Shown here piece by piece: positions 32,301 through 42,213 of a stretch of 64,000 nt of DNA; the first letter of the stretch is position 1; each line of letters starts with the position of its first letter. The position numbers and the translations under genes were made by a program. Where the stretch lies: positions 3,446 to 67,445 of the IMG/VR virus record IMGVR_UViG_3300006750_000006; one strand, written 5' to 3'. This DNA is from a virus. The notes beneath the pieces were generated by a model, which saw nothing but the letters and a program-made list of their open reading frames with translations, searched no databases and was not told where the DNA came from.

Positions 32301-32494
32301 AAGAGAAAAATCTTTCTATGGTAATAGAGAGCAAGATACTTCCAGAATTAACACAGGGTGATGACGTGTCAATAAGCAATTTAAATGATTCTTCAAATGT
32401 TTTTGCTGATGAAATTTATGGTCCGAACTGGCCATATGATAATTTCTCTTTGATAGAGGCAGCGAAGATGGATATAAAAATTAAGGTTGATTAG
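26396..32494 (+). CDS. Large virion protein with a reelin-like/Asp-box module and a Cys-rich segment
   Basis: LSLQYSEDGTTW..VYIRW..DHWALDDILI (about 29300-29680) and CHPGPACAPSCIDCCGVGC. Located in the structural cluster. Confidence 0.6.
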   Translation: MATDETLNFVSASESLIAHVAGMQFHSATPHYAAAHPEYDYSPAANFTNLNLGIQEPITSSENFLGYSDLIFTPGLTPFAGDTNYANVGSVVADANTFVGSWASGLPGLASILNTINLKRNGPYQHPTWKQIRGGEHPVARYQRLRNTVSVDRRNPKHIVKSVNMDNYGPEGSPAFHTTVFSGSVSIQDLKQFYEPVVVSKYKPFLYDVPINVGNLGTVEQARARQSLFNQMTYFSNDDLNDLLKFSNAAPNPPAGYTVNNQKVYSLFHAAKDLGSGRFIFHETIYPRGINTYRKYKLEKPNYEEVAGYGSNGYDRNHGLIRSFWRDTQYSTTSSSRLRTIEQALSTQDVTQSMSYAPSWENPMDWQWYKSGIIHRFDANGDLAIDAEDIGIWTSGSSFGENMTGAFGEGAQLWYWPNGIVMNQFTTAKCFAIDTTSSCGPVTPTAFGGTTWSFGHMKGYVQQDPYQPYQINLNSAWPLDAHVYDMTPSSSVCHPGPACAPSCIDCCGVGCISKPIWTWEYYTIGANADHIGLTPHASDLIIYPPDRGDSFTYWTSMHGGYTPEEQLWLSWNPENPNPRHFITRSAGELAYSTKPTIFFYRQTPLEVTQLVSVSASIWDPDWDDWTDTTGSMYGPIGYAAATASIQYLRHTYPYQSPWWVTNLVANRNPMFDTYADFIGNDLKYIARDYSILPEFRISEHFDYYDRYFRAYKSNGHIKVFTTAEAFDESLGRKVTRVKRNFGTQNNPFSPEIAHKLDFLTLHGVETTSSSDLVNLEAEDLTTTRYTYDDLGNLLEDPDNINNAKHYRNVGSNVVFNQKFVHTDDIKNFTYLIQNKGFNQDVVPGEISFECDSIKKLLPYEGFYPMTRTTQIGSYFKKAFEDYIAEGYSSTNSEVSAAPSHGLGLPAWDLLDADFSGSVLGIGNPIDASPTTGMFLVWDCQNVFEPFCNTSDNCIKYDTTANRWAACLSGNLSTEQDRWIQTAEKYKGTLEITYKYLTGGPITDLYDPTGLNLEVAEGGAGENLSLQYSEDGTTWSFLASHSPSLIPTASWNDATSSLTTDIPVYIRWHAYATSHTILGGAHSDHWALDDILIRGEPSAFNSLGAPSGQSLDSKNQAMMQSLLEPFFAPGLLYNSIKSGIAVDYPVYLKNAPVYYTSCMSASHAICIDHPDGMPDDLTLSTGSFGHGGYHMMGIANAMPAYLKSAPDYRMPFEALYDMNKLAKLHISDANKNPFANYLVSDFLWGSGSLYGAGNISEDSSVHVTALDSASLDYQPNVRLKQNPAYLDTTELNLYESAINNFLAETMEFYLEPYDKTINTKFPIIVSRPRHQLQATTPGFTYYMDLKLEMGVDQVMCEGPRRSNFIYSPNIPYAEGPLSSSLRGYLYGPPIEVVSPTEDSTLSAIGNKTGVGHHYELNFHSALAANLSDPAYQPWTPPYFYGNSHITLAFKPNSATTPISDAFQAIETSSYYFEQYNIEDGLTPKIPTTASTAQGSFTRMKIDASIDIFNELLEVEDPTYHSDKIKKIWYAMPKWVCPVLDFSSSHSGYYETVGYTNNNERKLKLTTINNPYHDETTGKSMWGGYGTDPYDPSILTVNLASGAPLKSDKGIYFSLAPTFPGIGEDTLETAGFVSGLESDEGYFVTKESTMVKPTTGSLAERLGLGGEGSAQKSDIRFEIGKMASKKTIREAIAIVPYFDEPIDLAFITEAYNQPVDEATNFSSNLSVLGGIFKTRQIIPGKHFLGIHNLTFEKILNVILTEKFYKGNSLKYKQLTEHWLTQENNNQSTLSNALSCDVGNMISTLIGHTHVPGSRGYQLPPEFDFIHNKDIGPFQMMIVPFEHQLNKQDLINIYQGIMPDISLRAEKAFSSVVTHPGTEHAIDDPNLIPSFIRPGSSTVSRIMLTDFNLANFLSPLPLVRRKMIEQVLTAGGQGSVTSKPTGVTTAKEFYEKMKFMVFKIKQRAVSNYKRYKEKNLSMVIESKILPELTQGDDVSISNLNDSSNVFADEIYGPNWPYDNFSLIEAAKMDIKIKVD

Positions 32495-32496
32495 TA

Positions 32497-33474
32497 GTGG
32501 AATTTTTTGATAAAAAACAAGATGTTATAGACTTACAAATGACTCAATTTGGTCGTTATCTTTTGTCACTTGGCAAGTTTAAGCCTGTTTTTTATTCTTT
32601 TCATGATGATAACATACTTTATAATGTAGAGAGCGCTGGTATCTCTGAATTACAAAGTGATTCGCAACCACGCATAAAAGAAACACCAACACTACAACCT
32701 CAGATTTCATTTTCTTCGCTAGACAAGCAGTTTGATGGTGCTTACAAAAAAATTCTTATGGGCAAAGAGAAGCCGGGATCACAGGCCCTGCAGCCAACCG
32801 CAATAAGAAATTATATGTTTTCTTCCCCGATAGGTACAAGTGATATAAATTCTGATTATGCGCCGGCTTGGGGTTTGATGTTCCTCCAGGGCCAATTAAG
32901 TGGCTCAACGGGCTATACAGAACTAGTTGGGAAGTCGGGGGGCAAGAATACTTTAAAGATTTCTCAACTTGAAACCGAAGTGACCATTGAAACAACCGAT
33001 ATTGAAGAATTAACAGAAAATATAGAAGAGGAGTTTTTGTCAGATTTTGCTGTTCTAACTAGCGAAGAAGATATGACAATATTGTTGAAGGTCGCTGAAG
33101 AAAATGCACCGTTTCAAAAGAAAAATTTTGATATTGAAGTTTATGAAATTATCGAAGAAGTAGAAGATGGACTTGCCATAGAAACTTTAAGACCATTATA
33201 CTTTTCCAAAAAGCAACAAGACCTCACAGAATTTGATTTTATTAATGAAACAATACCTGATTTTGATGTGACACATGTACAACATTACTTTGACTTATTG
33301 ACTGATGATGAGATTGATGATGAAATGTTGTGTAAGTACGACCCAGTTCAGGTGAAGATGGGTGTTTTTGCCGATAACAGAACAAAGCTTTGTCAAGACG
33401 TTCTTAATGAAGAAGGAAAGAAAGTATTTGATATTTATGAAGATGAATCAGATAATCCAGGTGAGGTCTGTTAA
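32497..33474 (+). CDS. Virion structural protein (tail-collar N-terminal-like)
   Basis: GTG start. N-terminus MEFFDKKQDVIDLQMTQFGRYLLSLGKFKPVFYSFHDDNILY parallels the N-terminus of the 40105 ORF. Confidence 0.6.
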   Translation: MEFFDKKQDVIDLQMTQFGRYLLSLGKFKPVFYSFHDDNILYNVESAGISELQSDSQPRIKETPTLQPQISFSSLDKQFDGAYKKILMGKEKPGSQALQPTAIRNYMFSSPIGTSDINSDYAPAWGLMFLQGQLSGSTGYTELVGKSGGKNTLKISQLETEVTIETTDIEELTENIEEEFLSDFAVLTSEEDMTILLKVAEENAPFQKKNFDIEVYEIIEEVEDGLAIETLRPLYFSKKQQDLTEFDFINETIPDFDVTHVQHYFDLLTDDEIDDEMLCKYDPVQVKMGVFADNRTKLCQDVLNEEGKKVFDIYEDESDNPGEVC

Positions 33475-33476
33475 CT

Positions 33477-36400
33477 ATGGCAAATGAATGCAATATCATG
33501 GATATGTTTGTTGGTGATTTATTGCCTCAAATCTATTGTAAGAAAGTAACATTAGAAAACCATCCAGACGACCCAGAAAAGAAATCTAAAGTAACTCTTT
33601 TACTAGAAATGTATGAAGAAAGAGATAAGTTAAATAATGCTGGTTGGTTGACTAATATAAATATTCCTGGTGGTACTAATATTTTAGATTCGCTTTATAT
33701 TAATTATCACATGATTACCGACAGCACTAATCTTGAAAAATTAAAACCCAACACAGATCCAGAATTTAATAGTACGGGCAATCTTTATGTCTTAAAACAA
33801 AACAAACCTGATTGGAAATATATTCAAGGTTTACACTCGAAGCTGTGTAAGTTTTGTACTGCGAAAATTCAAGTCGCAGCTTCTTCTTTATTAGGTGATT
33901 TCAAAAAAGGCGATGTTCTGAGTGGCCTTGGTGGAAAAATGAGAGAAGAGTATAAAAACGGAAAATGGTATTATATTATTCCGTTCAAGCTTCTCCTCCC
34001 GTGGGAATTTGACTTCACCCCTCAAAATATGGGAATTATACTTTACAGCTACTTGGATATGGCGACTTTATTTCCAGAAAAAGTTAATGATCCCTATGTA
34101 CAGAGTTTGAGCCTCGAAGGCCCAGTTAACACAGAGATTATATTTGATGGCGGCAACCTAGCAACGACAAGACAAGCTTTTATAGCACCCGGAGGCCTTC
34201 TTTGGGAAGGCGCGGTTCACTATCACGGAGACAGCAACCCGGCCCCTGATGGATATAAAGGCTGGATGGCTGGCGATCGCCACAGGGGAGGCACGGATCA
34301 ACTTAAATTACAGCTTCTAGAAGTTCCAAATACCAAGATAACAGACTTCAGAGATTCTTCTATAATTATGCCGAATAGCCAGGAAGATAATGTTCTTGGA
34401 ATGGGTAAAGACTCCATAATAGGAGTTGGGCCAAATTATGAAAAAGCAGAAGCAATCATTGGCGGTATTTTAAGTCCCTTCCAGAAAGAAAAGAAGAAGG
34501 ATTTTATTATTGATAACGATGATGAATATTCTAAATTATATCTCTCAAGAGACAGAAAAAATAATGCTCATGGCATGTTTTTTATTAATTTTAAAAATTT
34601 ATTACAGAACAACTCTTCCCTTTATCCTATTTTGGGCAAGAAATATCAACAATATGGTGTCTCGACTGAAGCCGAGACATTACAAGAAATTTTACAAGAA
34701 TCTAAAATACTTGAGTTAAGAGTATATCGTGATAGAGTTAGGCCTGTCAACTTGAGACAACCATATAAGAAGTTTTCAGATGGTGAAATGTTTGAGGAGC
34801 CATCTCGGTTGATTGGCACAATCTTTGATATAAATAATTACAAAACACCTAGAGAGAACTACGAAGCCGGGAAAACATATATTAAAGAAATCAGTTTGTC
34901 TTCTAAAGTTGAGTCTTACATGAACAGATATTTTGTTTTTTCTGATTACGAAGTTGGCTCTTACGATGCCGGCTTATATCAATACCGTGTTGAACTAGAT
35001 TTTGTTGATGGAACAAAAGTTTTTATCAACAAACTTATGGATGAGTTAAGACAGATTAAACTTGAGATGGAACAATATTATGAATTCGCGATATCAGGAA
35101 GAAAAACTAACCTAGATTTTTCGTATAAAATGAGTTATTCTTCTGAAAGCGGTACAAAAGTACACTTCAAGCCTTATTACGATGATACTTATAAATCTTT
35201 TAATGATGAGTTTCTTGTCGATGCTACATATAATTTTGCTACAAAATTAAACATAGTACCCATATGGCAACGCGCCGCCGAATGGATAATAAAAACGTAT
35301 TTATACTTTATAGAGCAAGAAGCCCACGGCCTATCTATATTATCTTGGGGACTTAATTTAGCTAATATGATAAGTCCGACAAGCGGCACACCAGAGGGAA
35401 TTAATTTTTGTATAAGGTTAATAGATTCGATAGTCACAAAAATTGATAGTATAATTGGTTCAACAAAAACGAGCAGTAACAATAATTTAAATGATAAAAG
35501 TTCTGTTGACGACCAATCATATTTACCCGTCCACGCTTATGAATCCAAAGTCAACACGAATAACAGTGTGATATACGAAAAACATTCTTTTGATAATGCT
35601 GGGGAAGTATTCGACGCAACAATACATGAGGGTATATACGCAGATTTTCTTTCGGTTGGCACAGAAATTCCACTAGTTTTTAAAGGCTTAAGAGGCGTAA
35701 CTCCGGAGTATTATAAGAATAGGGTGCTTCTCGAATCGGCTAAATTCTTCTCTACTGGTAAATCAATGGAGAGCCTTTACGAAACTTATACTCCGCCTTT
35801 CGCCACAAACACCCAAGATAGTATAATAAAAAATGCATTTGGGTACCTAACTCCTTCGGAGGTTAAAATATCTGATTCGGCTAAAATAAATAAAACATTT
35901 AATTTTGTACAGAAATCTTTTAGCAACGCTGCTTATACTGCTTTGGAGCCCGGCAACTTAACAAAATTTTCTTTGCTTTCGAAAACTTTTTTAAATCACA
36001 ATAATTATAATAGCTTGATGGTCAGTTTAATAAACTATGGCTTAGACAAAGAAAGCGATAGAAATGTTGATGTAGTGGCCCCGCCATTTGCTTTATCTGG
36101 TGACGCATCAGATTCGGAAAAAACCTACTTTCAACTGGATAGTGCCTATAGAAAGCTCTTTGAGGAATTAAATGTAACGTTACATGATGTTAATAAACAT
36201 GATAGTTTTTTTAATCCTCGCCGTCCAAAATCAGAAGATCCTAAAATTCCAGTGCACCCTCTAAAGAGGGAATTCTTCTCGGAAGCACTCGGCTTATCTA
36301 CTTTTTATTTTAGAGACTGTCTTTCAAACGAAAATCAAAAAATTATAAGTTTCCCGCCGGGAACTACACAGCCATATCCTTATAGTGAGAAATTACCAAA

Positions 36401-36992
36401 TAGTTTTAAATCTCGGCAGATGTTTAATATTGGCTTGACCGATAGAATTTCTTCTGAAATGAAGGAAATATTTAATAAACCAGAAGAAGATCATTATGAC
36501 GCTTTTAGATTTTTTAATTTTAATATGACAGCTATTGTTGAAGTGTTTTCTGGCACGGCCTCTCATCCATCGGATGATTTATGGGAAACTTTAAATGCCG
36601 ATCATGTGTTATCTTTGGGCGATTTTGATGTATTGTTTTGCAGGCTAAAATATTATGATATTAAACTGCTTGGCAAGCTAGACATGCCAATAATAGATGA
36701 ATATTTTCTGATATTCAAGGGAGCTGTTTCCATTCCCCAGCCATCGTTACCAGTGCAGATGATTTCGATAAAAGATGTTGTAGAAAAAAGTAATAAAGTT
36801 GGTACTTCGTTCATGAATCAACAGGCTAATGCAAAATTAAATGAGGTAGCAGCAACTTTGGCGAAGGGGGTTCTCCCCACTTCAAATTTGTCAGTTACTC
36901 CCACTTCCACAGCAGCGCAAAATACTTCTGGCGATATTAATAAAGCCCCCGCAAAAACAGGCCAAGCCGGCCCACAAAATATTGATTATTGA
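33477..36992 (+). CDS. Large hypothetical virion protein
   Basis: 1171-aa ORF with a GAGG RBS, in the structural cluster. Contains a YQYRVEL Fn3-like strand. Confidence 0.55.
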   Translation: MANECNIMDMFVGDLLPQIYCKKVTLENHPDDPEKKSKVTLLLEMYEERDKLNNAGWLTNINIPGGTNILDSLYINYHMITDSTNLEKLKPNTDPEFNSTGNLYVLKQNKPDWKYIQGLHSKLCKFCTAKIQVAASSLLGDFKKGDVLSGLGGKMREEYKNGKWYYIIPFKLLLPWEFDFTPQNMGIILYSYLDMATLFPEKVNDPYVQSLSLEGPVNTEIIFDGGNLATTRQAFIAPGGLLWEGAVHYHGDSNPAPDGYKGWMAGDRHRGGTDQLKLQLLEVPNTKITDFRDSSIIMPNSQEDNVLGMGKDSIIGVGPNYEKAEAIIGGILSPFQKEKKKDFIIDNDDEYSKLYLSRDRKNNAHGMFFINFKNLLQNNSSLYPILGKKYQQYGVSTEAETLQEILQESKILELRVYRDRVRPVNLRQPYKKFSDGEMFEEPSRLIGTIFDINNYKTPRENYEAGKTYIKEISLSSKVESYMNRYFVFSDYEVGSYDAGLYQYRVELDFVDGTKVFINKLMDELRQIKLEMEQYYEFAISGRKTNLDFSYKMSYSSESGTKVHFKPYYDDTYKSFNDEFLVDATYNFATKLNIVPIWQRAAEWIIKTYLYFIEQEAHGLSILSWGLNLANMISPTSGTPEGINFCIRLIDSIVTKIDSIIGSTKTSSNNNLNDKSSVDDQSYLPVHAYESKVNTNNSVIYEKHSFDNAGEVFDATIHEGIYADFLSVGTEIPLVFKGLRGVTPEYYKNRVLLESAKFFSTGKSMESLYETYTPPFATNTQDSIIKNAFGYLTPSEVKISDSAKINKTFNFVQKSFSNAAYTALEPGNLTKFSLLSKTFLNHNNYNSLMVSLINYGLDKESDRNVDVVAPPFALSGDASDSEKTYFQLDSAYRKLFEELNVTLHDVNKHDSFFNPRRPKSEDPKIPVHPLKREFFSEALGLSTFYFRDCLSNENQKIISFPPGTTQPYPYSEKLPNSFKSRQMFNIGLTDRISSEMKEIFNKPEEDHYDAFRFFNFNMTAIVEVFSGTASHPSDDLWETLNADHVLSLGDFDVLFCRLKYYDIKLLGKLDMPIIDEYFLIFKGAVSIPQPSLPVQMISIKDVVEKSNKVGTSFMNQQANAKLNEVAATLAKGVLPTSNLSVTPTSTAAQNTSGDINKAPAKTGQAGPQNIDY

Positions 36993-37000
36993 TGACGCAT

Positions 37001-37008
37001 CTATTTAT
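37001..37008 (+). promoter_or_regulatory. Putative late promoter motif CTATTTAT
   Basis: In the 30-nt intergenic gap before the 37023 ORF. Confidence 0.6.
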
Positions 37009-37022
37009 AGAGAGTACATATT

Positions 37023-40000
37023 ATGGCTGATTTCGAGCTAGTAGGAAAAAAGAAAAAAATAATAGATGCCACTTCTTGGGGCTCACCACCGCGTTTATCT
37101 AATCACGGAGGCCCACAAGGAGGCACAGGTGCCTCCCCTATAGGTATGTCTTCAGACTTTGTGGAGATGTTTCAACACGGTCTTCGGAGACATCCTTTCC
37201 ATGAGATTATAGACGGTAGGATGGTTTTTCTGGAAAAAGGAGGAGAACCGCTCCGCGATACTCTAAGAATATGTTTGGGCAAAAATTGGGATTTTATAAA
37301 AAAAGATGCATCTTCTGATAAAAAAGAGCTAGGAAATAATTGGGCGCCCCTTGCTGTTTGGTACAACAATGGTTTAGAGCTAGAATATTGTGACCCCAAC
37401 CCCACAGAACTTTATATAGATCCTGCTGCTTTTACTCTTCATGGCGCCGACGTCGATGCGTGGATAGCTGAAAACCCACATTTGATTGATGAAAGTGGCA
37501 AACTTACTGTGGAAGGAAAAAAGCCGGCATTTTCCCTTACAAGCGAACACCAGGCAGTACCACCACTAGCCTATACTAATGGAATGGTGACAGAACAGAA
37601 AATTGTTATAAAATGTGATTTATCTAATGAAGTTATAGATGAATTTGAAAATAATCCAGATTTTGCCCCAACCCAAGAAAAATGGATGTTCTTGATGAAG
37701 GCCGGCCTAAAGGGCGTAGACGGAGAAAAATTGCATCCTATCGTGACCAGCCCTCGTAAAGTGTTTTCTGATTTATATCATGAGACTAGTTTACCTTTTA
37801 CTAAAAAAGAACTGGCCTCAAAACAACCTGCTGGCAAGGCTTTTTTTGCAGATGTAAGAACATACTATAATGAGAGGGTTGGTTCAAGCTCTAGATCCGG
37901 TGGCAGGAATATGAGTTTTGAAAATAGAATAAAAGCTCCCAGTATGCACAATTCGATTCCTACTATATATGGCTTTTTAGATATATTATATAATGAACTT
38001 GATGTTGGGGAGTTGTATCAAAAATTTGCTGACTATGGAAGCAACCTTACACCGGCATTGGTTGACCAGCCTTTTGGTATGCTCACTACTTTTTGGGGAA
38101 AGATAAGTAAAGAAACGATAAAAAAATTCACAAATATAAATTATGACAGAGACGATGTCACTGCGTTTTATGAAGATTACTTTGATGAGTGGGCAGAAAC
38201 TTCTTCAAACCCATCCCTTTTAGGTGCTTTCTTCGAAGCTCTTGCTTTAAATATTCTAGAAAGGGCCTTCACAAATATTGCTTTTAGCCCAAATGTAGCT
38301 AGCTTCGTTAACAAAATTGAGAAATACAAGAATTATTTCCCCTTTTATAGCGAAATTGAATTTTCAGCGAAAATATTAACTGAGATAGGTGATTTAATAA
38401 AAAAGACTTATATGACAAAATATCTCTCAACCGTAATAGCTGAAAATTCTACTTATAAATCTGATGCGTGGACTCTAGAGAGAGGCGATTTATTTCCAGA
38501 ATCAGCAGCAAACGGTTGGATGCGCAATCGGCCTTTTATACAATATTACGAGGAAAAAGTTTATGAGGACACCAATGCAGACTCCCAGCTATCTGTAGAA
38601 GAAATGGCTTCACCAATTGCCGGCAAGGGCTTCGCTTACCCCATCGCCACGAATCAGACGGATGTTTTGAGGATTTTTAGAGTTTTAAAAGAATTTGTCG
38701 ATGACAATCCAGATTATATATATCCAGAAGAAGATGGTTTAGATGTTGACGATATACAAAATTATGTATCTTATCTTCACAACGAGTTGTCTACTGCGCA
38801 GGGTGATATAAGCACATGCAACGCTTTTTTCAAAACTATATTTGGCAATGTTTTATTAAATAAAATAATTGAAACTTATAAAACACACAGAAGAAATTAT
38901 AGCGAGATTTTGCAGGGCGTTCCAGCGTATACAGAGGACATTTTTTATAGAATAGAAAAATTGGTGAAAAAGAAAGGAGAAACATCTTTTCAACATTTAC
39001 AGAATATTATTATTCCTAATACTTCTGACTTAGATATTGTTAAATATGTCGACACACAGGTAAAATATGCCGACGAAGCTGTTTATAAATATAGGGTTTA
39101 TGCGGAGAGAATAATATTTGGTAGTTTATATAATTATTTGTGGATTGATCCGGAAACAAATGAAGTACAGACGCCTGATTGGAATTATTTCCCTGGCGAC
39201 GAGGAGAACTTAGATGTTATTCCAACGCCGACTGATGGTTCAAATTTAACAGGAACTAGCGTCTCTGGGGCCTCTCCAAAAGATAAAAAAGCAGGCATAT
39301 TTACGGCTACTTTGAAAGTTCGTGTCATGCCAAATATCGCTATGATGGAAGATTTAATTTTTTCGACACCAGAAGTGAGGATCTTAGACAGACCTCCAAT
39401 CGCACCGGATGTTAACATACTTCCCTATAGGGCGGTCAATAATAAAATTAAAATTTTGTTCAATGGGATGGTTGATCGATATCGTGATTTTCCAATTTAT
39501 ATTAATAAAGAAGTAGATGAAGCGAGATTTAATTTTATTAAAGAAGCACAGTTTTCATCAGATGGTAAAGTAGAATTTGGTTCTGATGATCCAATCAAAA
39601 AATTTGAAATATTTAGAACAAAAGTTAAACCAAAAAAATATACTGATTTTGAATTTTATAAAACAGTTAATAGTAAATTCTATGAAGAGAAGATTTTACC
39701 CAATACAAAATATTATTATACATTTAGATCTGTTGACAATCACGATCATATATCAAACCCATCAGCAATTTTTGAGGTTGAGTTGGTCGATGAGCATGGT
39801 GCGGTAAGGCCTATGATAAGGGTGATTGAACTTGATAAACCGGCAATAAAAGAACATGTAAAAGAATGCCAAAAATATATTTATATTAAACCTACGCCGC
39901 AACAAGTGTATACTTCTGGTAAGCAAGGCGTAGATTATATGTTTACAAATAATCAAGGAAACGCCAAAAGAAGATTTAAAGTTAGGTTAACGTCGAAAAG

Positions 40001-40046
40001 TACAGGTAAGAAGCTTGATGTAAATGTGGCTTTTAAAAAGAAATAA
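37023..40046 (+). CDS. Virion protein with C-terminal Fn3-like domains
   Basis: KYVDTQVKY..YKYRVY and ILPNTKYYYTFRSVDNHDHISNPS are Fn3-type motifs. Confidence 0.55.
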   Translation: MADFELVGKKKKIIDATSWGSPPRLSNHGGPQGGTGASPIGMSSDFVEMFQHGLRRHPFHEIIDGRMVFLEKGGEPLRDTLRICLGKNWDFIKKDASSDKKELGNNWAPLAVWYNNGLELEYCDPNPTELYIDPAAFTLHGADVDAWIAENPHLIDESGKLTVEGKKPAFSLTSEHQAVPPLAYTNGMVTEQKIVIKCDLSNEVIDEFENNPDFAPTQEKWMFLMKAGLKGVDGEKLHPIVTSPRKVFSDLYHETSLPFTKKELASKQPAGKAFFADVRTYYNERVGSSSRSGGRNMSFENRIKAPSMHNSIPTIYGFLDILYNELDVGELYQKFADYGSNLTPALVDQPFGMLTTFWGKISKETIKKFTNINYDRDDVTAFYEDYFDEWAETSSNPSLLGAFFEALALNILERAFTNIAFSPNVASFVNKIEKYKNYFPFYSEIEFSAKILTEIGDLIKKTYMTKYLSTVIAENSTYKSDAWTLERGDLFPESAANGWMRNRPFIQYYEEKVYEDTNADSQLSVEEMASPIAGKGFAYPIATNQTDVLRIFRVLKEFVDDNPDYIYPEEDGLDVDDIQNYVSYLHNELSTAQGDISTCNAFFKTIFGNVLLNKIIETYKTHRRNYSEILQGVPAYTEDIFYRIEKLVKKKGETSFQHLQNIIIPNTSDLDIVKYVDTQVKYADEAVYKYRVYAERIIFGSLYNYLWIDPETNEVQTPDWNYFPGDEENLDVIPTPTDGSNLTGTSVSGASPKDKKAGIFTATLKVRVMPNIAMMEDLIFSTPEVRILDRPPIAPDVNILPYRAVNNKIKILFNGMVDRYRDFPIYINKEVDEARFNFIKEAQFSSDGKVEFGSDDPIKKFEIFRTKVKPKKYTDFEFYKTVNSKFYEEKILPNTKYYYTFRSVDNHDHISNPSAIFEVELVDEHGAVRPMIRVIELDKPAIKEHVKECQKYIYIKPTPQQVYTSGKQGVDYMFTNNQGNAKRRFKVRLTSKSTGKKLDVNVAFKKK

Positions 40047-40077
40047 AATACGGTTAAAACATAATTGAAATTATTAA

Positions 40078-40085
40078 CTACTTAT
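40078..40085 (+). promoter_or_regulatory. Putative late promoter variant CTACTTAT
   Basis: Intergenic, followed by a GAGGAG RBS and the ATG at 40105. Confidence 0.5.
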
Positions 40086-40104
40086 TATAACGAGGAGCAA
40101 AAAT

Positions 40105-41172
40105 ATGGCCTTTTTGGATAATTCTGGAGATATCATCTTAGACGCAGTGTTAACTGATACTGGAAGATTGAGACTAGCACAAGGTGACGGAAGTTTTAAA
40201 ATTAGTAAATTCGCATTGGGCGATGATGAAATAAACTATGGTTTATATAATAAGACGCATGCTAGTGGGAGCGCTTATTATGATTTAGAAATTTTGCAAA
40301 CACCAGTTTTAGAAGCATTTACGAATAATACTTCTAATTTGAATACAAAATTAATGTCAATGTCAAGAACAAATATCTTGTATATGCCGACATTGAAACT
40401 TAATAAAATCTCTTCTACCCTAACGGATGATAATTTGCAAGTACGCGCCTCCTCCATGTTCCAGGGCGCGGCTGGCCAAGTTGCCACATGGGCAGATACC
40501 AAGTTTGTTGTCGCAGTCGACCAGGATACATGGAGTGCGCTTGTGAAAAATGAAGAGGGGATCACAGCATCCACCAACAAACCCAACGGCGCGGATGTAA
40601 TCCAGGGCTTTGGCGGCGCAACCACGTCTCCCACTGGCGCAGAAATTCGAATTGATCAAGGCATGGATACAGAGGCTATTAGTCCGACAGTAGGCATGGA
40701 TACTGATTTAGTTGAGACTGCTTATATTGTTGAAATGGATTATCGTTTGGGCAGGATAAAACCGCCGAGATCACAGTCACCGGCCCCTGTTAACTTTATA
40801 GACGATGATAATGTTGCTTCTTATTATATAACTGATACTGCTTATGTAATAAATAATCCTAGTGTTGATATAAAAGGTGTTGATGACGAACACCCCAGGG
40901 GCCCTCAAGTCTTCGCTGGCCCCCGGGGCACTATTTTTCAATTTAGAATACACGCCTCGGCCGAGCTGCAAAATTCCACATATTTGTTCACGCAACTGGG
41001 CTCTTCTGAAGATACAGATGGCGCCGGAAACATATTTGGCTTTCTTGTTGCCGACGATCGCGACGTAGTTGAGGGCAAAACAACTTATTACCTCGACACT
41101 ACCGTTAGGGTTATTGGGGCGAATACTGGAATCAGAATGGACATTCCAGTAAGATATGTTAAAATAGCATAG
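40105..41172 (+). CDS. Virion structural protein (tail-collar fibre N-terminal-like)
   Basis: DAVLTDTGRLRLAQG..FKISKFALGDDEINY resembles the N-terminal half of tail-collar fibre (P2 gpH-type) domains. Strong RBS. Confidence 0.6.
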   Translation: MAFLDNSGDIILDAVLTDTGRLRLAQGDGSFKISKFALGDDEINYGLYNKTHASGSAYYDLEILQTPVLEAFTNNTSNLNTKLMSMSRTNILYMPTLKLNKISSTLTDDNLQVRASSMFQGAAGQVATWADTKFVVAVDQDTWSALVKNEEGITASTNKPNGADVIQGFGGATTSPTGAEIRIDQGMDTEAISPTVGMDTDLVETAYIVEMDYRLGRIKPPRSQSPAPVNFIDDDNVASYYITDTAYVINNPSVDIKGVDDEHPRGPQVFAGPRGTIFQFRIHASAELQNSTYLFTQLGSSEDTDGAGNIFGFLVADDRDVVEGKTTYYLDTTVRVIGANTGIRMDIPVRYVKIA

Positions 41173-41186
41173 ATAGGATATAAATT

Positions 41187-42203
41187 ATGGCAAGCACATT
41201 TAAAACATTATTAAACGATGATGTAGTAAACACAAGAACTCTTTTACACGAAGCAATTCCAATTACGGGAGCAATTGCCTCTGGCACATATGCAGACAAC
41301 AATATTAAGACATTTTCTCATGGCATGTTTGAGTCTGTTTATGATTATCCTTATTTGAGTTCTTCTGCAAATCATATTTTTGATTTAACTTTTGGACATA
41401 GCTCAAATGCGGCATCATCCTCACATACACAGAATTCTAAAAAACTAAATATATATAACCAGATGGCCCAAGTTTTAATGGGATATACCACAGATGGTCA
41501 AATTAGAAATTTTGATTCAGATGGGACTCTTGATGATCTTGCTGGTACAATGAATCATTGTTTCTTTATGAACTTTTCTAGACTGCTTACGAAGGATGAA
41601 GTTAAGAAAAATTCTTTTAGACTGGGACTATATGTCGACAACCCACTCGCCGATCCACAAGATGGCACCTTATTAACTCTTGGAGATTTTGACGCAGCAG
41701 ATGAATACAGAACCTCCCCATCCGGAGACTATGGATTAATATTTACTTCATCAGCTGATGTATCAGATAATACTAATAGCGTTGGTCTAATTTTCTATCA
41801 AGCTGGTGTCGTTGTGTTGACTTCTTCTGTTTTCTCAACAGCTGAGTTTGTTAGCGGCGATTTGCTTCCAGCCGCACAAACTGGCTCTACAATAGAACAA
41901 ATGGCCGATGGTTTCAGACATCGCCTCTATGACATGGATTTTAATAATACTATTGAATTGAATTCAACAATTTATTTCTGCCGTATTAATCATAACGAAT
42001 TTAATTATAGCGCCAACCCAACTTATGTTTCTAGTAGCAAATTAGTTGTTAAAAACAATGTCAATGATTTGCCAGTATCTTATTTAACAACAGTTGGTTT
42101 GTACTCAGCAGACAATGAATTGCTAGCAGTTGCTAAATTATCTGAACCTATTAGAAAAGACCCAAATACGGAGCTTACTTTGAGAGTACGTTTAGATTAC
42201 TAA
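41187..42203 (+). CDS. Virion structural protein (tail-collar fibre C-terminal-like motif)
   Basis: Ends YLTTVGLYSADNELLAVAKLSEPIRK..LRVRLDY. Confidence 0.6.
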   Translation: MASTFKTLLNDDVVNTRTLLHEAIPITGAIASGTYADNNIKTFSHGMFESVYDYPYLSSSANHIFDLTFGHSSNAASSSHTQNSKKLNIYNQMAQVLMGYTTDGQIRNFDSDGTLDDLAGTMNHCFFMNFSRLLTKDEVKKNSFRLGLYVDNPLADPQDGTLLTLGDFDAADEYRTSPSGDYGLIFTSSADVSDNTNSVGLIFYQAGVVVLTSSVFSTAEFVSGDLLPAAQTGSTIEQMADGFRHRLYDMDFNNTIELNSTIYFCRINHNEFNYSANPTYVSSSKLVVKNNVNDLPVSYLTTVGLYSADNELLAVAKLSEPIRKDPNTELTLRVRLDY

Positions 42204-42213
42204 GGAGTAACCT